Shown: piece after piece, positions 41,917 through 53,400 of the stretch
Layout of the letters: each line of letters opens with the position of its first letter
Position numbering within the stretch: position 1 is the first letter of the stretch
Assembly (NCBI GenBank): GCA_964057225.1
Contig: OZ059896.1
Location: forward strand, 10,354,001 to 10,418,000
Direction of reading: 5' to 3'
Length of the DNA: 64,000 bases
DNA from: Auanema rhodensis
Lineage: Eukaryota > Animalia > Nematoda
The notes under the pieces: generated by a model
Databases searched by the model: none
What the model was told of the DNA's origin: nothing
Seen by the model: only the letters and a program-made list of their open reading frames with translations
Made by a program: the position numbers and the translations under genes

Positions 41917-43320
41917 ATGACTGACAACGTTTCAACGGATTCTGCATTTGCTAAACCTATTCGGAATGGTTCGTGTTTCGAAAATCCAGCTTCATTCCAA
42001 AATTGGAAAGGAAGACCTGGACTCATATCTGTTTTGAAATGGCGTTTTTGGGAAACAGACAATACAAATGCTCCATCTGATCCTAAGGTTAGGGTGATTT
42101 TTAATACTATATGGGATAAGCATTCTTAAGAAATTTGATGAAACTATACCAGTTAATACACTTAAATCTTTCGTAACCAACAACATAAGTAGCGATTTAA
42201 CCGCTGTTTGGCTTGGACATGCTACAGTATTGGTTGAATTGGAAGGCGTGAGGTAGATATGAGGTTAAATTTATCAAAAAGGTTTTGTTTATAGATTTAT
42301 TACTGACCCAATATGGGCTAAAAGAGCTTCATTTTTGCCGTCTCTGATCGGACCCTTGAGATATCGTCCTCCTCCTATGAAACTCGAAGACCTGCCTGAG
42401 GTAATTTTGAAAAGCATATTCATCAATGCTATCTAATTTGCAGCTTCATTTTGCGGTTATATCTCATGATCATTATGATCACCTGGATGTCAATACCATA
42501 ACTTTTATTAACAAGTTTGTAATTTCAAATATTAAAATTCTAATTTGCCTCCTTAGAGCTAATTCTAAAATGAGATGGTTTGTACCTCTTGGAATGAAGC
42601 ATTGGATGAGCCAAACAGGCATTCAAAATGACAACGACAATCCACAAAGAGTAACTGAGATGAATTGGTATATATTTGTTGATTAAGTAGTTGATATGTT
42701 ATCACAGGGGAGAAAATGCAACAATACAAGTAAATAATAAGACATTGACCGTGTGGTGTGTACCTGCTCAGCACTGGGGTCAGCGTTCGATTTTTGACAG
42801 AAATGTGGTATGCTTTTATGCCTGAAATCTTTGAAAGTGTTCTAATTTAATTTCAGAGATTGTGGTCTGGATGGGCGGTGGTGGGCCAAAAAAAAAGATT
42901 TTACTACACTGGTGACACTGGTTTTTGTGAAGATGAATTCAGAAAAATAGGCAACAAGCTTGGCCCTTTCAATCTTGCTGCTATTCCTATTGGTGCTTAC
43001 GAACCTAGGTTTTTGCTTGAGCAGTTAAAATTATTTTTGTATTGTTTAGATGGTTCATGAAATCACAGCACATCAATCCTGACGAAGCCGTCGAGATCCA
43101 CAAGCTTGTAAAATCCAAATTATCTATTGGTATCCATTGGGGAACATATCACATGGGATCGTACGAAGTAAAACTTTTGAAAAAATGTATATATACAGTT
43201 CATTTATTTCAGTATTATCTTGAACCCAAAGAGAGGTTAGCGGAACTCATGAAAGAAAATGCTGGTTCTAATCCATTCATAACTTTACGTATGGGTGAAA
43301 TTTGGTCAGAAAAAGACTAA
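41917..43320 (+). CDS. nape: N-acyl-phosphatidylethanolamine-specific phospholipase D (metallo-beta-lactamase fold)
   Basis: [102 protein letters not shown]. Confidence 0.95.
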
Positions 43321-43340
43321 TGAGAATATGTGGAAATAAT

Positions 43341-46300
43341 TCAGGGTTCTTCAACTTTTACCCGTTTTTCTTCTGAATTCTGTTCCATCTGCTGTTCTTT
43401 TTCTCGCTGCCTCTTGAGTAGTTTTTCGTAGTAACTTTCTTGTTTCTCTGGCTTCTTCTCTTTTTTCTCGAATTCTTCATCATCGTTCACTGCATTGAGA
43501 ACTGATGGGCACATAGGATCATATGCCTGAGTAGCACAGAATACGAAGCGTATAAAATTAATATTTTACCATAGCTTGCCTGACTGATTCATCTTCGTCA
43601 GGTGCTTGCTCTACATACTCGCTATCGTCCTCTTCATATGTTTCGTCTTCGATTTTAACTTTTCCGTCAGGTTGGTACAGCCCTTCATTTTCGAGGGTAT
43701 CAGATGGATTGACTAATCTTTTTGTTCTAAATTCAGTCATTATTGATAACTTATATTCTCTAACTTACGAAATTACAACTCCTTCTCCTTCAACTCTACT
43801 GAAAAATTTATATAAAGCTCGCAATAAATATTTTTCTTCATATTCTGAACCTCTCAAACGAGCAGCCAAAGCTAAACACCAGAAAAAAATAGCATACGGT
43901 AAGATTGAAAAAAACCTCGATTGAGCTCTACTCGTATTTCGCGAGTATATCGAAAGATATCTTGACAATCAACCTCATTCTTAAAATTTACTTCCACGAA
44001 CTCATCAAATATTACTGTTTTCCAGTCATCACAGACAACCTAGAATTAAAATAAGACACAAACACAATATACTTTTCAACCTTTTTGGCCACTAAGAAAA
44101 GAGATAAAACAGGTAAAGGCATGATATTGCAAATATATGGTTTAGTAGTCTCAAGATGTAAACCATAGAAGAGAATTTGATGAAGTTTAGAATTTCCTTC
44201 GAAATCTGCTTGAGAGTCTAGTGTTTCTGGAAAAAAAAGAATAAATGATAAACTGAGTCAAATCCACATTACCAACATGATACTGAGCCAATGTAGAATT
44301 AGGATGAATTAAGGAATATGGTTTTCGTTTCGTATGTACAAAAAGTTCCTGTCCTTGCTAAAACACAACAAGAATTAAGCAGCTAACATAGACCTTTGTA
44401 TACTTTGTATTTATTCAGATGGTCTAAAGGTGCGTAATTTGGATAAAGTCCTGCTGCTATGATAAAACGAATCAACTAAATATTCAAAAATTACTAGTAA
44501 GTAGAATAAAATCATGGTTACATCCGCATCTTTTCTTCTTAATACATGTGTTTTGCGAATTAATTCGACTTCTCTTTGCTTATGGCTCAATAAAAATTCA
44601 ATTGTATTCACGTCCACTTTCATAGTATTCTGTTCATTATCTGAAAAATACACGGGTAAATTATGTTCTGAATAAACTTAAGTATTACCTAAATCTTCCT
44701 CTTCCTTTTCTTCAAGGATAGAATCAAAATGTTTGTTGGCTTTCAGAGTTTTCTGCGTTTTCTCAGAATTTCTAAAAATAGGGGAGTGCACAAAACACAA
44801 AATTCATTAGAATACCTAGCTTCTCTTTTCATTGCATAAAGTTTTCTTTTTTCTCCTTCATCAATACGCCTTTGCCGAGAATCTAGTTCGCCTAGTTCTT
44901 CAGCAGTAGGCTTTTCAATAAGTCCAGCATCTTCCAAGACACGTCTAACGAATCAATAAGAACATCATATTTTAAAACACCTGTATTGGTTCCTAAGTTT
45001 GCTGATTTCATACATCCTGTGTTCATCGATCCCATTTTCTATAGTCCATCTTCGCGACTTTCCACCAGTAACTTTTTCTTCTAGCCATTCACGGAAAATA
45101 TTAACAAGGGTTAAGGGATCTCCCATTGGACTTGTTAGACCACTCCTTCTTTCAACAACACTCAATTCTCTGAAAATCTTGAAATATCATTTATAAAACT
45201 TTAGCTAACCTGAATGATCTGTGAGTGAATGGGCTCTGTACAGACAGACTAGCAGCTACAGTCAACATGACGTCAACTTGATCAACAACACATCCAAGTA
45301 ACAGCATCTAAAAAATTTAATTCAAAGTGGTTATGGTCTTCAAAATGAAAAATACTTTTCCGATAGAAACTTCTACGGGTAATTTAGCGATTGCATTTCC
45401 TAAAGCTGTAAGTTGATTATCCCTGTCTGTATACACCACTCCTTGGAATTTTAAAGTTTCCAGAGCAAGATTTAAAACGTTATCAGTTGGTTTTTCAATG
45501 TACGGGAAAGTACGAGGATCCACTTAATATGCAAAAAGTAAATTTAAAAAATTAAAAAAAAAGTATAGGCTTACATCCAAGATTTAAGCTAATCATTCTC
45601 AGAGCCATCTCTTCCAAAGAAACTCTATGAATTTCAGGAAGTGTAAAATCGTCCATTTTATCAAATTGTTCACTTGAATACAACCTGTAACAAATTCCAG
45701 GCCCAGTTCTTCCAGCACGACCTCCAATGAATAAAAATAAGTTTGAATATAAAATGGCACATGCCTTTTCGCTGATTTGCAGAAGCTTTCGAAACCCAGA
45801 ACTCGGTCAGTTTTCGGGAACCACTTCCAGGCTCATGCTTGATCAGGTTCACCTATTGAAAAAAGTTAACCAAACATCTACAGATGAACTCACTTTTCCT
45901 GAATCTATAACAAAGCGAATTCCATCGATTGTCACAGATGTTTCAGCTATGTTAGTGGCTAAAATGCATTTTCGAACCCCAGGAGGAGCAACATCAAACA
46001 CCTTATCTTGTTCCTCAACTGACAGAGTACTAAATATATAAATAACATACAAAAACTTTAAGAATATACGGTACCTATGAAGTAATAATATAATCCAACC
46101 CTTCGAGATTTCCGCATATGTCTTCAGAGATTCGGCCACAGTACTCATTTCAGAAACACCATTCAAAAATATTAAAGCATCACCTCGTTCAGTGGACGGA
46201 ACCTCTTTGTCAATTAGCTAAATTGAGAAGTGTTAAAGCATTGGAGTATTATCTACCTCTAATATACGCACGAATGGAGCAGGATCTATCTTATGATTTT

Positions 46301-47643
46301 TCTTAGTTGCTTCAGCAATCAGCTGTTTAATAGGGTGATATTTTAACTGGATTGGAAACAGTCGGCCAGGTACCTGTAGTACTCAGATAAATGAAAAAAA
46401 GAAAGCTCATACCTTGATTACAGGTGCACCTGCAAAATATTCTGAAAATAATTCCAAATTGATTGTGGCAGACATAAGAATAAGTTTGAGATCATTTCTT
46501 TTACTAACAAGATCTGATAAAAGACCAATTAGCAGATCAGAAGTTAGATGACGTTCATGAACTTCGTCCAGTATAATTACCTGAAATATGAACTTCAATC
46601 TATAAATATAACAAGCAAACATTATATTGTTCAAGCAGAGAATCCATCTCCATCTGACGAAGAAGTAAACCTTCGGTGAGAAAAAGCATTTTCGTCTTCT
46701 TTCCCTTTGTAGTTTCGAAACTATAATACCAATTTAGTTCATCTTATGCTAAAGACAATTACCGAATTTGATAAGCTACTTCATTACCATAAGCATTTAG
46801 TGTTTCAAAAGCTACACGCCTAGCTAAAGCAGTACAAGCTATACGTCTAGGCTGAGTGCAAGCAATTCCTGTGTAGCCAGCTTCGAGTAGGTATTGAGGA
46901 ACCTAAACTTGGATATGGAATTGCTTATCATGAGCAACCATTTAACCTGAGTACTCTTACCACAACCAGTATCACCAGCAATAATAAGAACTTGATTCTA
47001 CAAACGGTTGTTCTTTTATAGTAGTATATTAGGAAACATACGTTTTCAAGTAAATGTAATATTTCTTCTTTGCGAGCATAAATTGGTAAGCCTTTTTGAT
47101 TTTTTCGTAATTCTTGTAATTTTTTGAATTTCTGGTCATTAAAAAAATCCATAGACAATTGTATTGCATATTGAAAATGTCGAACTACCCATTCTGGAAT
47201 CTAAGAATATTTTGATGATAATACTTGCAATTTTTCCTTTACATGGCCTAGAATGCTTGGTATAGAAGTATCAGTTTGCTGAGCTTTAACAAAGTAGCGC
47301 TTGCTTAAATCCTGTGGAATCCCGAAAGAGTCTCTCTCCATGTGTTTCAAATCAAAATGATCTTTTGTCATTCCTCCTGTCCTAAGTTATACGTTGTATA
47401 ATCAAGTTTATTTTTCAAATTACTTTATGAAACGGTTGAAATAAGAATTGATGAATTGTTTCTGCGTTGCAATTCTAGCATCATCCAATGTCGCTAATCT
47501 AAACATGTTTTACATTATTGTGTTCCAAGATTTCTTCTAGAATACTTGTCAGATTTTGAACTTCCCGATGATTGAACAGGGATGTATTGTCGAAAAAGAC
47601 ATGCTTTATAGTTGTCATATTCTTCTCTGGTTAAACTATACAT
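43341..47643 (-). CDS. smgl-2: DEAH-box RNA helicase DHX34 (NMD factor)
   Basis: [75 protein letters not shown], and the DHX34-like [13 protein letters not shown] and [12 protein letters not shown] segments. The start codon is uncertain. Confidence 0.88.
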
Positions 47644-47969
47644 TTTCTACCATGTAAGGACTTAATATAGAGATGTAAAAACTACAATATATATTCTACA
47701 CCAAACAAAAGACTAAAAACATTAGCCATCTACATCGTCGTCGGTGAATTTTTCAAAATTCGAAATGTTCGCAATGTAGCATGTTTGCTGAAGCTTTGGG
47801 AAATATATATAATATTTTATTTCAAGTAGGATATGATTGAGACAAAACAGAAATAACAAGAAATATTAGGAAGAGCTGAATTTTTATTTTCAAAAATTAT
47901 ATATCGAGTTCATAAGTTTTCAAATTCCTAACTTAAATTGGAAACTTCCTCCTCGTTTACCATAACCTG

Positions 47970-48457
47970 TTAATTTCCCGTTCTTCCAGTTAATCTGTCA
48001 TTTCTGGCCTAAAGGATATATAAAAATATTATAATATTGAAAAAAATGTAACCTGTTGATATTCATAGCGATTCATATTGAGTTCCAAATTGAGCCTGTC
48101 TTTTGTTATTTGCCCATCATCATATCTTTGTAAAACAGCCTGATTTCGCAACCAGAATTCAGTGTCGATGTCATTTGTATTAGAGGGTGTTCCAGTAGTA
48201 GTTGTGACATTTCCTACGAACTTATCAATAGCTCGCTAAAATAAATAATGAGAGATCACAAAAAGAAAATTGTAACATTAAATAGATTATAATAAATATT
48301 AGTAACACAATGAAAAGTTTATACTCACATTAATCTTGCCTACAGTGTCTGAAACACTTCTTTCTGTTCTGCTTCCACCGGAGATAATTAACCTTTTGCT
48401 AACAGTTAAATGAGCTAGAAGGAAAGTAAGAATAATGAAAATTTCTTTCCGTGCCAT
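47970..48457 (-). CDS. Small secreted protein of unknown family (~116 aa, 3 exons)
   Basis: MARKEIFIILTFLLAHLTVS-KRLIISGG...GKIN|RAIDKFVGNVTTTTG...FWLRNQAVLQRYDDGQ...YEYQQ|ARNDRLTGRTGN*; both GT-AG introns are phase 0. Absent from the ORF track. Confidence 0.65.
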
Positions 48458-50493
48458 ACTTTCATTTAACACTTACATCTAAGACTTAATACTACCATCT
48501 TCACGTTTTGTTTGAAGTTCTCGGATTTCAGGTTTCTTTAAAGCAAATAGTACACATCACTGCCAAAGCTAAGGGAAAAGTCTAGTTTTCTCATTCGAAA
48601 ATTAGTTTACAGTTGGTAAAAGTTAATTAGAAGCTTACGAAAGTGGTTCAAAGAAAATAAATCAGACAACATTAGATTAATTCTCAATACTGAATAAACT
48701 GAAAATAAAGTTTAATTCGAAAGCATACGAGCAATCAAGAAAAATCATGAAGAAATATTGTTAATTTGTAGAATTAAGATAATTTTTTATTGTTTATAAT
48801 TATTCAACTGAACACAAGGCTCCTGCACTAATTAGATTATCCATATATAATTATATAATATAATTGCTTATCATTGAACAAAAATATTTATGTATGAGCA
48901 AAAAAAATGAAATGATCATAAATTTTTGTAAATGATCTATCATCCAATTTCGATTATGCAGTCTAGTTCACACATTTATCTACATTTTTGAAGTTTCTCC
49001 AGCTAAATTGTCAGGGTCCGTCACTCAATGTTGCTTTGAGTGATAGTTTCCCCTCACTCTTTTCTCGTTTAAAACTAATAATAAATGACGAAAACCATTG
49101 ACCCAAGTAATCTGCTTTCATGTTTTCTAGTTCTCTGAAAAGTAAAAGTGTATCAATTCATTTCATATTCAAACTAACACTTAATTGGACATCAATGCTT
49201 AAAACAAACGAATTTTTTTTTAAGTCGAGCAAAGAGTTTTTTATCAATCTGGTGGAATTAGTTTTCTGCCAAGAGAATCAAGGAATTATTTTTTAGATTA
49301 TATGTATATCTGTACTTATATCAAGAAGTTTTCATTCGCTCTTTTTGTTATTAGTCCAAAAGATAAAATTAAAAGATATTCAAACGTTCTGAGACTATTA
49401 CATCTTAACCATGATCATCCATCTACTTTGACTGACAACGCTCGTCAGCAAATTCGCTAATTTCAATATCTTATATTACGTAATTATAAAACAAAACAAA
49501 TTTTTTAAATATTTAAATGAGGCAATATGATTATACAAAATTTAAATTCTTTCCGTATAAAAACATTCTTATTCGTATATTTTAAGCATCTTATGAAACA
49601 TTGCAACTAGTGTGATATGTATGTTTATAATAGTTTTTCGTAGTGTTCATCCTTTCCTTACTTTGCTTTACTGCTCTTTCTTTTTCTACTTTTGTCCATT
49701 AAAAGCTAAATATTGGCAAAACTCCTCAGTTTCTTGTTAATTACTGAACGATATAGCTCTTCCGGAACCAGCAAGCTCAGCATTAAGCCCATGGTTTCCG
49801 GTTGTTTCTTAAAGTGTCTAAGTTTCTATCATTCTATATTTCGTTCATCGATTTTTATAATCTTTTATCAGAACTGGCAGTTTTGCCAGAATTTTTCATA
49901 TTTTTTCTTGATATGTATTTTACATAGACGTATATGCATACATTCAGAGAAAATATATAATTATTATCTTGTTTTATACTTGAATGTCATTTTAATTCGA
50001 TAAAATAATAAAAGAAATGCAGAATCGTTAAATATGAAAAAGATCGCTTTAATAATTTTATTAATCGAATCGCATTCAATTCTGTTATGTTATTAAGTTA
50101 TTAAGATGTTTGGGAACAAACAGTTCATTTTATGTTTCTTGTTCCTTTTCTTCAAACCTCTTTTTCAAATTTCTCAAATTTACAAATGACTGGAATTGGA
50201 TGAAGCTGAGCTATGTTGAAGTAATATCAAATGTTTAATCTCCTATCTATGCTCCGTTATTATCAATACTCTTTTTCCTGCTTCTGCTATTCTCGCTTAG
50301 ATTAGTATGTGGCTTCGAGGGATTGACCATGCTTTTATAATATTATTTCTTTTTCTTTAATCTTTTTTTCACAAATAACAACAAATTGATATTTATTTCT
50401 CTAAATATGTACATTTATTTTACTTTTCCACCGGAATATCATTAACTTCTTGAACAATTTGTTTTTAAATGGTTTTAGGATTGTTTCTATCTA

Positions 50494-53400
50494 ATGATAC
50501 CAGTGAAAACATCAATTCCAACATCGGTATCATCGTCTGCTCTCAGTAAACCCCCTGTACATGGACGCTCACGATTTGCTTCTCAATATGGACAGAGACC
50601 AGGTACTGAACAATAAAACTTATTTCATATGCAAATTATTTATCTTTAAAGTAATTTTGTAAAGAAATATTGGCAAAACACTAAGACTAAAACACAATTT
50701 ATAATATTTTAAACATTTAATTATAAAAAATGTAATACGGAATAGAAGTTAGATGAGATGACGGAGAGAAGCTTGATGTAGTTGTCTCATATTGACACAT
50801 ATCGACAATATATATACTTATTGCTCTACACATTTTTGACAATGATCTCTGTATTTTCACGCCAACAGTTATTGCATTGAATTTCAAGCTCTTATATCTA
50901 GTTGAACTACCTCTATTCAATCTTTTCCTATTTAATCTTCATTTTATTATTTATTGATCTAATATATTAGTTGCTCTATCAAAAAAAATTTTTTTTTTCA
51001 TTTCTTAAGTCACTGGAAAAACTTAAGAACGGTCCTGCTGGAACGTTCATTCACTACTGTCGCTATTGAGGTTTTTAAAGAAATATCGTCGATAGATTCT
51101 CTGAATCGTCGACGATTCATTCCCATAAACATTTCATCAATGAATACCGGCTATGCTGTAGGAATTGGTGGTGAGTACTACTCAAAGCAAATTTAATTCC
51201 GCATATATCTACATATATTTCATAATTATATCAAATTTAAAAAAAAATTCAAATATGAAACAAATGTATATAAGAAAATATTTACTTGTATTTTATATAA
51301 ATAACAACATTCGTTTTAATGTGAAGGGTATTTTCAAAAACAGTTTTTCGAATATATTATTTTTTTAAAATTAATTAAATTAGATAAACATACATGTACA
51401 TCTATATATAAATAGATATATTTATGTTTTATTAAATATTTTGTCAGTTATGAGATGGAAAAACTTTAAGAAGATTAAAGTCACATTTGTCAGTTGTTCC
51501 AAACGTAAAAAGACTTAGAATTTGTAACTTAATACGTACAAAGTGTAGATCTAGTCAATTCTGAAAGTTTCATTGAACTTGAACACATAAGAACAAACTA
51601 ATAACTTTTATAATTTTTGAAATTCTTTGAAATTTCCTGTTTGATTCATTTCCCTTCATCTATTTATATTAATTCTATAAGTGTGCCATAATGCTGTCAG
51701 TTATTCTAAATGGATCAACGAAAGGTTGTCTTTTTGAATCGTAATCATAATAGTTCAAAGCATAAAATAAAATTATTAGAAATCTAGTTGTTATATTAAC
51801 TCAAATTTAACATTTTGTTTTAGCTATATCCTCAACAGCTACATGTGAGCAGCAAAAAATGATATTGCCCACCAGGGTAAAAGGTGAAAAGTTGGTTCGC
51901 CATATGGAATCATCTCCTGACAATACGGATCAAATATGGTAATTTTTGTTTTAGTTATATGGTTACATGAAATAATATAAAAAATATTATTTGATCGAAG
52001 TAAAACTTGTTAAAGAAAATAAGTCCAACTCATGAGTTTCCCTCTTACATCGTAAGCATTTTATTTCAAGCGCAAGCAATCTAAGGATAATAACCCAACA
52101 ATTTTCAAAATCATCAGAGTACATTTGGTAAAACTATTCATGCTTGCAATGACATCCCTCATCTGTTTTGCTATTTAATTCTTTAAAATTGTCAAGATTT
52201 TAATCAATTGGACACTTATACTTTTAAAAATTATAAGAATTCAAATAGAAACTTAATCAATATATATTATTTCATTTTATTATTAATAATTAAATAGTTT
52301 TTCTTAAGTTTAGAAATATATATCTTTCTTTGAAAGACTACTACTTTCATTCTAGAAGGTCTCAAAAATGTCACATCCTGTTAAGATTATTCACATTGCA
52401 ACAACATAACTTTCTGGATAACTTAGTTTTAAGAGTTGCTTTTGTTGTGGAAGTTTTTGATCTTTGTTATAACCATATTTAGAATTTTAGTCGTTTGTGC
52501 TGTGAATCTTTTTTTCATCTGAATGGTGCTATTTATGGATTCTCGTTTTTTTGCTATTTTCATTTTTTTGAACTAAGCTGAACATATATTTATCCCCAAT
52601 TTTTTTATATCTGTTTAACGAGTAAGATATACTCTTTTCTGTTAAAATTTTTACTTCAGGATATGTATTCTTAACAATCGCTCATGTCCACAAAAAATGT
52701 TTTGTAGTCGTTCATTTGTCATTACAATACAAGATAAATTGAACATAGTTACATGCGTTTTATCATTTCCTGCTTTTTCTTACCCATTGCCCTCTTTGAA
52801 ATTTTCCTTATCTCTCTTCTTAATTTTCACTCTTTTTCTCTTACAAAACTTTCTATTTCTTCTACTGTCTGTTAAGTCTACTTTCTCTACTCTTCCTACT
52901 TGTCTGAATGTCATCTTCCGTTCTTTCAAATACTATCAGATCGAACAAATTTTGAGAAGCAACAACTGTTTCTTAGTCAATATCCTAACATAAATTTTGT
53001 AAAAGCAAAGAAGTGGTAAAAGAGTTCTGGAGAGAACTATTCCAACTGAATTACAAATGAAATAATAGATTGAAATTTTTAAAATAATTAAGATTTTATC
53101 TTGACAATTGTATGATTTCATCTTTTTAAAATTTTCATTGAATATATCAAAGTTTATACTCTCATGTTTTGTAATGGGGCTTCAAATGTTTAGTGAATAT
53201 ATACTTCTCCTCACGTGGTGTAAAAAGATATTTTACTATTAAATTCCAAAAAGTGTGCTCAAAGATGTTCATTGAATATGTTTTCTTTTAGCACATTCAA
53301 TATAATTATTTTTATAATTAAATATAATATAAATATTTTTATTTATATTTATCTACATTATAATATTTCTGATTAATTTGAGCATTTATAATATTATATA

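Noticed and set aside
51010-51080. Upstream acceptor (TTAAG, 51009) for the second distal Kv exon
   Set aside because: It gives an immediate in-frame stop after the phase-1 donor at 50602; the acceptor at 51080 keeps the frame.
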